Assembly (NCBI GenBank): GCA_963788655.1 | Contig: CAWBHS010000027.1 | Span: 1-64,000 of the forward strand | DNA length: 64,000 nt | From: an uncultured Verrucomicrobiae bacterium | Lineage (GTDB): Bacteria > Verrucomicrobiota > Verrucomicrobiia > Limisphaerales > JAFGQR01 | Direction: 5' to 3' | Part shown: piece by piece, positions 11,447 through 20,529 of the stretch | Layout of the letters: each line of letters begins with the position of its first letter | Position numbering within the stretch: position 1 is the stretch's first letter | Notes under the pieces: model-generated | The model's input: only the letters and a program-made list of their open reading frames with translations | Database searches by the model: none | Told to the model about the DNA's origin: nothing | Program-made: the position numbers and the translations under genes

Positions 11447-12940
11447 TTGATGAATTTATCCTTGCTCAATCTTGAAATCGCGGTGGCCCTGCTGGGGATC
11501 GGCGTGTTGTTGATGGACCTCTGGCTGCCGCCGGAGAAACGGCGCCAGTTGGGATACCTGGCGGCCATCGGGGTGGCGTTGATCTTCGTTTCCAGCTTTG
11601 TCTGGCCGCCGCTGCAATTGAAATTCACGGTCGGGCCGTTCATCTTCCAACGCATCGAAGTCGCTTTCGGCAACACTTATGTCATGGACCTGCTGGCGCT
11701 GTTCTTCAAACGCTTCTTCCTGCTGGCCGCGGTGTTCGTCCTGGTGATGGCGGTGGATTTTTCGGACCGATTTAAGGCCGGCGTTTCGGAGTATTTCAGC
11801 CTGGTGCTGTTTGCGTTGCTCGGGATGATGTTCGCCGCCTCGGCGTACGACTTCGTCATGCTGTTCGTTTCCATGGAACTGATCACGGTGACTTTTTACG
11901 TGCTGACCAGTTTTCAGCGGCAACGTTTGGTCTCATTGGAAGCCGGCGTCAAATACCTGATCCTCGGCGCGGTGGCGTCTGCCGTCATGGTCTATGGCAT
12001 TGCGTTGGTCTATGGCGCCAGCGGCACCATGAACTTTGGTGAACTGGCGAAGAAATCCGCCGAACTCAACAGCCAACCAATCTTCCTGCTGGGGCTGCTG
12101 CTGTTGCTGATGGGCTTGAGCTTCAAGATCGCCGTGTTCCCGATGCAAATCTGGACGCCGGATGTTTATCAAGGCGCCCCCACACCGACGACGGCCTTCC
12201 TGGCGGTAGGCTCGAAGGCGGCCGGTTTTGTCTTGTTGCTCCGGGTGTTGTTCAGCGCGGTGCCCGGCGTCACGATGCACTGGGTCAAACTGCTGATGGC
12301 CGTCTCGGCCGTGACGATCCTCTACGGCAACCTGTGTGCGATTCCGCAGCGCAATCTCAAACGGCTGTTGGGCTATTCCAGTATCGCGCACGCGGGCTAC
12401 CTGCTGTTGGGGGTGGTGGCCATGGCAGCGAATTTGAAGAATCCCATGCCGGGCGGGTCCGCCATTCTTTATTACCTCAGCGGCTACTTGTTTACCGTGT
12501 TGGCCGCGTTTGCGGTCATCGCGTTGGTGATGCGCGCGGCGGAAGCCGAGGACATCAGCGGGTTGGCCGGATTGAACACGCGTTCACCGCTGTTGGCCAC
12601 GACCATGACGTTGGCCATGGTTTCGCTCGGAGGCATCCCGCCGTTGGCTGGCTTCTTCGGAAAGTTCCTGCTGTTCAAGGCGCTGATCGAACAAGGAACC
12701 GCGTACTACTGGCTGGCCGCCGTGGCCATCATTGGCGTGGTGATTTCGCTTTACTACTATTTTGGCGTGATCCGGGTGATGTACTGGTCAGAGCGGCCCG
12801 CGGACTTGTCGCCCATCCCGGTGTCGTGGCCCAACCGGACGTTACTCTACGGTTGCATGGCCGGCATGCTGGTGCTCGGAGTTTTTCCCGGCGTGCTGGT
12901 GAACGCCGCCATCCAGGCGGTCAGCGTGTTTCGGCTGTAA
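11447..12940 (+). CDS. nuoN: NADH-quinone oxidoreductase subunit N
   Basis: EAGVKYLILG, FKIAVFPMQIWTPDVYQGAPTP, KRLLGYSSIAHAGY, GIPPLAGFFGK. Confidence 0.97.
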   Translation: MMNLSLLNLEIAVALLGIGVLLMDLWLPPEKRRQLGYLAAIGVALIFVSSFVWPPLQLKFTVGPFIFQRIEVAFGNTYVMDLLALFFKRFFLLAAVFVLVMAVDFSDRFKAGVSEYFSLVLFALLGMMFAASAYDFVMLFVSMELITVTFYVLTSFQRQRLVSLEAGVKYLILGAVASAVMVYGIALVYGASGTMNFGELAKKSAELNSQPIFLLGLLLLLMGLSFKIAVFPMQIWTPDVYQGAPTPTTAFLAVGSKAAGFVLLLRVLFSAVPGVTMHWVKLLMAVSAVTILYGNLCAIPQRNLKRLLGYSSIAHAGYLLLGVVAMAANLKNPMPGGSAILYYLSGYLFTVLAAFAVIALVMRAAEAEDISGLAGLNTRSPLLATTMTLAMVSLGGIPPLAGFFGKFLLFKALIEQGTAYYWLAAVAIIGVVISLYYYFGVIRVMYWSERPADLSPIPVSWPNRTLLYGCMAGMLVLGVFPGVLVNAAIQAVSVFRL

Positions 12941-12944
12941 ACGG

Positions 12945-13128
12945 CTCGAGCATCACGGCGGCGAAGCAAAATGGGAAACCGAGGAGCAGCCGGCCGAGCG
13001 GATCGTCGAGGAAGAATTGCGCTGGCACCGCCGGCGCGAAGCGGACCTTGAACCAACGGCGCAAGACGGATGCGACGAAGGTGCAAATCGCGGCTCAGTT
13101 ACGACGGGAGGCGGTACAGACCTTGAAA
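12945..13128 (+). pseudogene. C-terminal remnant of a REP-associated (Y1/RAYT-like) transposase
   Basis: Translates, with shifts, as EEQPAERIVEEELRW..EADL..RRKTDATKVQIAAQLRREAVQTLK; resembles from memory the HTH tail of Verrucomicrobial Y1 transposases. Confidence 0.5.
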
Positions 13129-13129
13129 C

Positions 13130-13645
13130 GGTGTTGGCCCAACGCCTCGCACCCGTTTCAAAAACGCGTTACAGCAGGCGCATCCCGAACTCCTGGCCGC
13201 CATTCCCGCCCAGATCTGGTCGGGGGGACTGGGTGGCCGACGTGCAACCCGTCGGCTCGGGCGAACCGGCCTTGAATACCTGGCCGCTTACGTGTATCGC
13301 ACCGCGTTCAGCGCCGAGAAAATCCTCACCGACTACGGCCAACACCTCACCTTCGCGTACCGCGACAACACCGGCCAGCGCCAGACCGCCACCCTCACGC
13401 CGGAGGCCTTCCTGGACCGCTTCCTCCAGCACGTGCTGCCCCGCGACCTGCAACGCGTGCAGTACTTCGGCTGGCTCAGCCCGGCGGCCAAGACCCGCTT
13501 CGAGCGCATCGCCGCCCTACTCGACTGGACGGCCCCCGCCCTGGAACCTACGCCCCCGCGCCCGGCCCGGGAATGTCCGTATTGCCACCAGCCGATGATG
13601 CACCTGCGTTGGCTGCCGCGCGCGCCGCCGTTCGACACCTCATGA
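13130..13645 (+). pseudogene. IS91-family (Y2 HUH) transposase, 3' fragment
   Basis: WVADVQPVGSGEPAL-YLAAYVYRTA (YxxxY), FLDRFLQHVLPRDLQRVQYFGWL, C-terminal CPYC. Confidence 0.85.
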
Positions 13646-13933
13646 CCGCCTTGCGCTCAGGATCACTCATTCCCTCGCTGCGAAGCCCACGCCCAACGAA
13701 ACGTCGTTCCTGTGGTGAACGTCCCCGGTGTCGTCCGTCCCGGTGCCGCGGGGGCACCCAGCACCCGGAACCCAGCTTGGAAGAACCTCCGAACCCCACC
13801 GGGGGCAACCCACCCCCCCTGTCACCCGCCGGACGGCAGCCGCGCGCCCGCTTTGCCCCCCGATCCCCGCGACCCTTATGGCGCCCCACCGGCTAAAAGT
13901 AAAAGACAAGCCTCCGAGCCGTTCGCCGGGCTC

Positions 13934-14038
13934 GTTCAACCCCTGATAGCTTTGGCGCTCCGCGCACGGCCACCCCGCCCTTCCATTTCAAGCCCCAACC
14001 GCGCGCGCTCCGGCCAAAGCTATCTTTCTTCGTTAGGC
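13934..14038 (+). other. attC-like hairpin abutting the end of the IS91-like element
   Basis: gttcaac-ccct-gatagctttggc ... gccaaagctatc-tttcttc-gttaggc; has a GTTRRRY core but no obvious extrahelical bases. Confidence 0.4.
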
Positions 14039-14452
14039 TTCGGAGTTCCACAAGTTTTTTGGAATTGCCTTCCAAGGAGAAATTGGGCAAGAGCCCAGCC
14101 AACCAGTAATATAACTGCTGGAACGGCGATAGTGCCAGCAACGACAACTTCGATTGGTTGGTGGAAACTATGTTGGTAGGAGCCGCAGTGCATGACAGTC
14201 ATCCGCGGATCGCTGGATTTGAGACCAACGAATCCGTAGCTCCCACCAGGACCCTTGATAGTCCAGTTGTGTTCGATCTGCCTGGCTTTCCAGATGCGCA
14301 GCGCTCCGATTATTGCGAACGCGCATGCATGACTGATTGGCGAGCCACAAAGACCGCACCATCATCAATTTCATCGCGCCTCCGCCAAAATCGGCCGTCC
14401 CGCAGCCACCATCTGCCAGTCCCGCAGGGACGCCCGACAATAGCCCTCCGTT

Positions 14453-14887
14453 TCAACGGTGGGTTGGCGTGCGCCAAAGAAAATCGAGTCCCAGCGGGAC
14501 GAAAGAAATCCTACCGCACCATTTCCGCCAGGCCCGAGCATTCATCCGTGGTTTTCTTCCTGCAGAGACACCGTCTGAGCAGCTCAAGGAAACAACGGTT
14601 CCATGGTGCTGCCAATAGAAGGGCCGCCGATGCGGATGCATTACGGCTTTAATGTAGAGGGTATCGCCACGCACGCTGTAAACGATGGCGTAAGGGAAGC
14701 GATCGAAGTTGAGCTTGCGATTGTCTCCGCGGATTTTGCGCCAGCGCTCCGGTTCGGCCACGATGCGGCGCAAGGTCCGTTCGAATTCATCCAGGAAGTC
14801 ATCGCCGAGGCCCGGCTGCCGTTGTTCATACCACAGTGCCGCGCCTTCCAGTTCCTGCTCGGCTTCAGGATGGCTGACGACGTGCAT
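14453..14887 (-). CDS. RelE/ParE family toxin (expected stop near 14600 missing; reads on to 14453)
   Basis: HPEAEQELEGAALWYEQRQPGLGDDFLDE...RFPYAIVY...AVMHPHRRPFYW. Confidence 0.88.
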   Translation of the reverse strand: MHVVSHPEAEQELEGAALWYEQRQPGLGDDFLDEFERTLRRIVAEPERWRKIRGDNRKLNFDRFPYAIVYSVRGDTLYIKAVMHPHRRPFYWQHHGTVVSLSCSDGVSAGRKPRMNARAWRKWCGRISFVPLGLDFLWRTPTHR

Positions 14888-15110
14888 TGAGCTTGGCACG
14901 AATATTCCGGATGGTTTCTTCCAAGGGGCGGCATTGGACCTGGCCTTCCTCAATCTCGCGGGAGCGCCGGTCAATCACTTCGTTCCACTGCGTTTCGGCG
15001 TCAGCGTCCACCGTGCCGTCAAGGCTGGCGATGAGTTGGTGGGCCAGGTACGCCCGGTCCTGTTCCGGCAACGCCAGCATCTCGGCCACCTTTTCTACGG
15101 TTATGCTCAT
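14865..15110 (-). CDS. Putative addiction-module antitoxin
   Basis: LALPEQDRAYLAHQLIASLD...WNEVIDRR; overlaps toxin start. Confidence 0.88.
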   Translation of the reverse strand: MSITVEKVAEMLALPEQDRAYLAHQLIASLDGTVDADAETQWNEVIDRRSREIEEGQVQCRPLEETIRNIRAKLNARRQPS

Positions 15111-15473
15111 GCGCGAATAATATCGCCTTTGCCGCCAGAATGACAAGGGCCGCCCTCGGCGGTTTCTGGCAGTTACGCCGGAAGCTGAGAAGGTAGGCTG
15201 CGACGCCCTGACTTCCCCCCTGAGCGCATCCATCAACCCAAAGTCGGGCAACGGGAATTTTTGGTCTTGCCGTAACGATTCACTGGGAAAGGGGAGCGCG
15301 CCCGCCCCGGGCGCCGTGGTTGGCGCCTCGCCAACCACTTTCGAGCAGCCCGATTATCGTGCTAATCCGTATCTATGCAATTGCGGTAAGGCGGAACTGC
15401 CGTTCCACCATGCGACTGAGGCGCTTTTGCATAAGCGGGATAACATAGTAGCTTGGAGCCTGTTTGAAAAATG

Positions 15474-15559
15474 GTAGCAGCCGACGTAAGGAGGCTCATT
15501 CTTGTCGAACGCAGCACGGTTTTCCAAAATAAAATGAGCCTCCTCACCTCGGCTGCTAC
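15474..15559. repeat. GTAG-type REP doublet
   Basis: gtagcagccgacgtaaggaggctcatt ... aatgagcctcctcacctcggctgctac. Confidence 0.8.
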
Positions 15560-15733
15560 AGATCGGATGGAGTTTAATACAGGATCTGGGGTGTGACCAA
15601 TGGCGTGTGCCAAATAGACGGTCCACGGTGTCATTCGGTCCGAGGGCAATACCCGCAATTTGATAGTACCGCGCGTCCCGTTTGTCTCGGAGGGCCCCGG
15701 GACATTAGCCACGTCGCAGAACGTCCGGCAATA

Positions 15734-16013
15734 CTAAGAGCCTGTTTTAAAATTTGGCGTGGTCCTGTTTTCGCGGAAAAGGCCGGCTGGCGAGGCGCGA
15801 CGAAGGAGCATACCCGCAGCGGTCTGTGACTGAGGAGCAACGAAGCCAGCCGGCCTTTTCAGTGAAAACCCGCAGGGCGGCGGGTCTTTTGAACGTGGGC
15901 TTCGTTGGCTCGATCCGTACAGCCCACTGCGGGGATGCGCGGACCTCGCCGCCTCGCCCCCGTCCAAAATCCCTCGCCGCAGAACCTTGCCCCATTTTAA
16001 AACAGGCTCTTAG
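15734..16013. mobile_element. MITE (non-autonomous element) with 20-bp terminal inverted repeat
   Basis: ctaagagcctgttttaaaat (15734-15753) and attttaaaacaggctcttag (15994-16013); internal hairpin aaaaggccggctgg/ccagccggcctttt; no coding capacity. Confidence 0.8.
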
Positions 16014-16211
16014 CCGTGACTATGCAGTAGGACAGGCGTCTCGCCTGTCCCGAACGAGTGCAAACCAACAACTTGTATCACGGCGCCGTGAGTCTTTTTC
16101 TATGTCACCAAACGGTAAGGATGTCTTGGGCTATTAGAGACAGGCGAGACGCCTGTCCTACCACGCCGAACCGCGTCATCGCTGCTCCAGCTACTGAATG
16201 GATACGGCTTA
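16011..16211. mobile_element. MITE-like element enclosing a GTAG REP doublet
   Basis: Ends agccgtgactatgcagtag / ctactgaatggatacggct; inner gtaggacaggcgtctcgcctgtc / gacaggcgagacgcctgtcctac; shorter related copy at 25675-25765. Confidence 0.65.
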
Positions 16212-16256
16212 GGCAACCTGGGGCATTGCCGTCGGTTTTACCTGGTCAATCGCGCT

Positions 16257-16467
16257 CGGATAAACCGACACATTGTCGGTTTATCCGGAAAGAGATGCGC
16301 ACGCAGGTCAATCCGGTCTGCCTCCGTTGTGCTTGCGCTTACGCAACTAATGTCTTGACCCATGCAGTAAAACCCAATTTATTGGAACCATGAAAAGCAA
16401 CGGTCACCAACGTTAACGGAAGGTTTCGGATAAACCAACGATTTGCAGTTTATTAACACTGTTAGCC
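16257..16467 (+). other. Putative integron attI region
   Basis: GTTAGCC core at 16461-16467, 9 nt before the first cassette ATG and not part of an attC hairpin; AT-rich; palindrome at 16257-16287 and a repeat of cggataaacc at 16427. Confidence 0.6.
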
Positions 16468-16475
16468 CAAATAGT

Positions 16476-16913
16476 ATGCCTCTCGCGAAAGAAGAGCTTT
16501 GTCAGAAGATTTAGTCAGGCATTTGAGGGGGTGACGCTTGGCAATGGTATCGGGTTGTTCGAGGCAGACGGTGTTGACGAGTATGTTGACGAGGCGACTC
16601 TCAAAGCGTATCGAGAGAAGGATGAAAAGGAAGACTGGCAGCGCATTCCACTGGAGCGTCTACGTGGAGAGGGGCTTTGTTTCACCGATGCCGAAGGGGA
16701 CAGAGTTTCGTTGCCTCGGTCATGATCGCGGTGGTCCAGAAGGGCGTGGATGCGCCGGTCTTCATGCTGAAGGATCAGCCCCGGGACTTATTCGCTCTCT
16801 CACGCCCGCAAATAGAAGCGGTGCGCGAGTTCTTGCTGCTCATCAGGCACGATCCAGAGCATGGTCTAGATCGAACGGAGATTGAGAGCGCATTATCGGA
16901 ACCATGGAGATGA
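16476..16913 (+). CDS. Gene cassette 1: DUF6714-like protein (frameshifted)
   Basis: MPLAKEELCQKI..QAFEGVTLGNGIGLFEADGVDEY...LCFTDAEG...LFALSRPQIEAVREFL; family assignment from memory. Confidence 0.6.
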
Positions 16914-16929
16914 CAGACTTGACCCGAAG

Positions 16930-17052
16930 AGCCAACCAGACGCTGGAGGCAACAGCCGCTGAGTCAGGCATTATGACCGTCACTGGCAACACAACACCAT
17001 CGGATTCGATCACACCGCTCGCCAGCGGCTGTGCCTGCACTGATCGTTGGCC
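16930..17052 (+). other. attC site 1
   Basis: agccaac...aggcaacagccgctg ... cagcggctgtgcct...gttggcc. Confidence 0.85.
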
Positions 17053-17077
17053 GGAGAGGTATTCGACCCTTTGAGCC

Positions 17078-17449
17078 ATGTTCCTTGTCGAGAAACTGCG
17101 AGACGAGACACTTCCGGATGTCGAGGCATCCCTGGAGGTTCTTGTCCGGGAGATTTACGGCAGGCGTCCTGAGTGGCTGGAGTATGATTTGCGTGGGAGC
17201 TACCGGTTTCAGGGTCGAGAATTCATTATGATGTTCTGTCCGGCAGGTAGCGTGCATTCCCACCTCACCCTTCGAGCTTTGACCGGAGACGGAATCAGCC
17301 GCGACATTTTGCAGTTGGGGACGAAAGAAGGTCGTCGACTGGCCTGGTTGATTCGTCAGGGCAAGCAGTCGGAATATGATCCAGCCGAGGTCGAAGAGAA
17401 CGGCCAACCAGGCGCGTCAGGCAACCGCCGCCCCGCGCCTCGACATTGA
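17078..17449 (+). CDS. Gene cassette 2: hypothetical protein
   Basis: 123-aa ORF between attC1 and attC2, running into attC2. Confidence 0.65.
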   Translation: MFLVEKLRDETLPDVEASLEVLVREIYGRRPEWLEYDLRGSYRFQGREFIMMFCPAGSVHSHLTLRALTGDGISRDILQLGTKEGRRLAWLIRQGKQSEYDPAEVEENGQPGASGNRRPAPRH

Positions 17450-17529
17450 CCTTTGCCGGTGATATGAACGCCATCATTACCAAGCGTAGAGCCCGCTTCC
17501 GGCGGCGGTGCCTGCGCTGGTCGTTGTGC
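17402..17529 (+). other. attC site 2
   Basis: ggccaac-caggcgcgtcaggcaaccgccgcc ... ggcggcggtgcctgcgctggtc-gttgtgc. Confidence 0.8.
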
Positions 17530-17545
17530 CGAAAATGATTGCATC

Positions 17546-18190
17546 ATGACGTCGCGGGAGTTCTATCAGCTTTTGGATCGCTGCCTTGAGCCAGGAGTGC
17601 AGCCGGTTAGGGCTGTCTCGGAAGCGTGGCACCGTATCGCTATGGTATGCGACTCTTCCCCAGCGGCACTTTCTTCTACGAGGTTTCCAAAGGTCCGAAG
17701 AGTCCGTTCATCCCGTATCTCGGTGGACGGTTCAAGGTCGACTGTGATCTTGCGCCTTCTGCGGATCACAAGCTGCGGGGGTTGCAGACGGCGATTTCGT
17801 ACATGGAGTTCTTCTCCGATGATGATTTGATGGCCATGCAGCAGCTACGGGATCGAGGACCTGCGTAAGATCATCGGCCAGAAGCCACCCGAGGTGCTCG
17901 ACCAGTTGATGCTCGAAAGCCATACGCCCTTGTTCCGCTGGAGATTGGTTCGCAGTTTAGGAGGCATCAGGTTTTCAAGCTGCCGTACCTGGATGCCGAG
18001 GACGTCTCAGCATCGGGGGCAATTCCTCGCATCACGTATGGAGCACACCCTGATTGAGGTGCGGGAGAGACCGGTATTCTTCATGCGAGTCGAGAACGGC
18101 CAACCAGCGGGTGGAGCGAACGGGGACCAGCCGATTCGCTCGGGGGCAAATTCAACGTCGTCGGAGGCTGGTCCCCGTCGCTCACCCTGA
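17546..18190 (+). CDS. Gene cassette 3: hypothetical protein (frameshifted)
   Basis: Overlapping ORFs 17546, 17626 and 17894 fill the space between attC2 and attC3. Confidence 0.5.
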
Positions 18191-18199
18191 TCGTTAGCC
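18098..18199 (+). other. attC site 3
   Basis: ggccaac-cagcgggtggagcgaacggggaccagcc ... ggctggtccccgtcgctcaccctgatc-gttagcc; extrahelical bases evident. Confidence 0.9.
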
Positions 18200-18212
18200 C
18201 AATTCGTGCGTC

Positions 18213-18521
18213 ATGGACAAAGAGACGACCATTTGTTTTATCGGGCTCGTTGCCTCGGTGTATCTGTGGTTTTCGGCGATTCTTGTTCGGGGCATCTGGA
18301 TACAGCGATACGTCGTGCGCAATGGCCAGCGAGCAGCGCCCTTCGCCCTGACACTTTTCACAGGATGGGGCGTGCTGATTGACTATCGCAGAGCGCGCCG
18401 CATTGCAGCGCAGCAGCACCATACACCTTGGTTTTTGCGGTGCTTCGCGTGGCTTGCCGGGCTTGGTATGGTTGGCTTTATCAGCACGATGGGATACGTT
18501 TGTGTCACTGCATTCCTGTGA
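18213..18521 (+). CDS. Gene cassette 4: small membrane protein
   Basis: 102 aa with about three hydrophobic segments, bounded by attC3 and attC4. Confidence 0.75.
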   Translation: MDKETTICFIGLVASVYLWFSAILVRGIWIQRYVVRNGQRAAPFALTLFTGWGVLIDYRRARRIAAQQHHTPWFLRCFAWLAGLGMVGFISTMGYVCVTAFL

Positions 18522-18531
18522 TGATGATTTG

Positions 18532-18657
18532 GGCTAACAAGTCGGTGGAGACGAACCGCCGCCCCGCTTCTCCGTTCAACGCTGGGCGGCAATTCGAGAG
18601 TGCCTCGTGCGCTCCACCGTCCCTGTCGGCGGCGGTCGCTCACCTCTGGCGTTAGCA
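18532..18657 (+). other. attC site 4
   Basis: ggctaac-aagtcggtggagacgaaccgccgcc ... ggcggcggtcgctcacctctggc-gttagca. Confidence 0.92.
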
Positions 18658-18669
18658 CCAGACGCCCTC

Positions 18670-19065
18670 ATGACGCCGAAGCGCAAAAAGCTGTGGATTG
18701 GGTTGGGACTCTATGCCGTCCTCTGGACCGTTACCGGCGTTTTGGGGCTTCCACAGATTGACCGTGCTTTTGATCGGGAGTTTGCATCCGGTTCACCCGA
18801 TGCCTTCGCGACAGACGAGCATCCAGCGCGCAACGTGCCAGCTTCCAGGGTTCCCTACGTGCGAGTCACAGACCCGAGCAAGCATTCACTCCCCGACATT
18901 CCCTTCCGCAGCCGCTCGACTGGATTTCCCATCGCTCCATTCCTGGTCATCGATGAGGCTTGTGTTGCTGAGGCACCGCTTGCAGCCTTTTCCGGTCGGC
19001 GCATGGTTTTCTGGTTCTTTGGTTACACTCGATGGTTTCCTTTGAAAGTATGGTGGGTGTCGTGA
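18670..19065 (+). CDS. Gene cassette 5: membrane-anchored hypothetical protein
   Basis: MTPKRKKLWIGLGLYAVLWTVTG...WFFGYTRWFPLKVWWVS. Confidence 0.75.
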   Translation: MTPKRKKLWIGLGLYAVLWTVTGVLGLPQIDRAFDREFASGSPDAFATDEHPARNVPASRVPYVRVTDPSKHSLPDIPFRSRSTGFPIAPFLVIDEACVAEAPLAAFSGRRMVFWFFGYTRWFPLKVWWVS

Positions 19066-19069
19066 TTTG

Positions 19070-19195
19070 TGCTAACAAGTCGGTGGAGACGAACCGCCGC
19101 CCCGCTTCTCCGTTCAACGCTGGGCGGCAGTTCGGGAGTGCCTCGTGCGCTCCACCGTCACTGTCGGCGGCGGTCGCTCACCTCTGTCGTTCGGC
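19070..19195 (+). other. attC site 5 (near-identical to attC4)
   Basis: tgctaac-aagtcggtggagacgaaccgccgcc ... ggcggcggtcgctcacctctgtc-gttcggc. Confidence 0.92.
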
Positions 19196-19198
19196 CAA

Positions 19199-20400
19199 AT
19201 GAGACAGCTTTTGCCATTGTTGATAACTCTGATGCCGATGCTCGGCAAGAGCGAGCAAGCCGCCGGGCAAATGCCAGATGATTCAGTCCTTCATTTCAAG
19301 TTCGAAGTGTACAGCGGCAGAAGGCGGTGCCCTATATCGCACGCCCGGCTTTCGGACGAACTATGACAACCACGTTTTCGCGCTGAAAGTCGATTCCAAT
19401 GATCGGGTATGGGTTGGTACTGCCGAGCGGTTTAGGAGTGTATGACGGGAAACAATGGACACACAGAACGTTTCAAAACAGCATGCCTGCGGGACTCCGT
19501 CTGACTCTCGGATTGATTGCGGGAACCACGTGCGGTCCGTCGCATATCGAGGAAGGGCCACAGGGGACAGTCTGGCTCGGCGGTAATTTCGGAGTCTGGC
19601 GGTTTCGCGGGGGCACGTACGAGGAGCTGAGCTCGAAAATTGCAGGGATGAACAGCATGGCCGCCGATAGTGATGGCAGTCTCTGGGTCGTTGATCGGTT
19701 TCGTGTTTTTAGGTATGACGGCAAGAGTTGGAGCCAGGTCTTGTGTCCCTATATTGGCAAGCCTGCGAGCTTTGAGGCTTCCGGTTTCCGGGGAATCGTC
19801 ATCGAAACCAACGGATTTGTCTGGATTGGCGCTACTGCTTACCACGAGATGGAAGCTCCATTGGAGCATAAGGGCCTCATTTGGATAGTGGATCAGGACC
19901 GCAAGCAGCGAGCGGGTGGACCTCCCATGGCGCCGCTATTCGCGTTCGATGGAAATCGCTGGCGGGCTTTTGGCCCGGAGGAAGGACTGGACGCCTTTTA
20001 CAAAGGAAGGCAAGGGAGTGCGGACCGAGGCACTCCGAGAGGGTGGGCTGCTCCGCGTCTGAACCAAGCAGGCCAGTTGACAGTCGCGACGCCAAATGGT
20101 CAGTACCGGCGGGAGGGCGAGTCCTGGAAGCCGGTCGAGGCAGCTGATCTGTCCTTGGGCCAGAGATGGAAGCTTCAGATGCACGGTCGATTCGGAGATT
20201 ACGGAGAATTGCTTTATCGGGACGGGGATCGGCTTGTAACGGTCCAGCCGATCAGTGATCGAACCGGCGAGGTATTGGATCTGAGATCGGACACCTTCGC
20301 CTCGCTGCACCTTGCCGAAGACCCGGCCAGAAATTGTGTCTGGCTCGGAACATGGCATGGACTTTATCGGATTTGGGAGGATGGTGCGAAGAACAGATGA
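19199..20400 (+). CDS. Gene cassette 6: secreted beta-propeller-like protein (frameshifted 5' part)
   Basis: Signal-like MRQLLPLLITL; repeated motifs GTVWLG, DGSLWV, YDGKSW, GFVWIG, NCVWLGTWHGLY. Confidence 0.65.
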
Positions 20401-20415
20401 ACGAAGGATGATGAG

Positions 20416-20521
20416 GCCGAACCAAGCGACGGACCGAATGAGGAGGAGCGCCGGGCAGCCGCTTGCTCCAATCGAGCGTCTGTGGCGCGCTCCTCCTCAT
20501 CGGTCATCTTGATCGTTCGGC
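20416..20521 (+). other. attC site 6
   Basis: gccgaac-caagcgacggaccgaatgaggaggagcgc ... gcgctcctcctcatcggtcatcttgatc-gttcggc. Confidence 0.9.
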
Positions 20522-20529
20522 ATAAAGCT

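Noticed and set aside
14040..16250. Integron integrase gene or remnant
   Set aside because: No R-H-R-Y tyrosine recombinase motifs recognisable in the ORFs or by reading this interval
18532..19195. Repeated 126-bp units as a CRISPR array
   Set aside because: Too long, separated by whole genes, bounded by AAC/GTT cores, and no cas genes; these are attC sites
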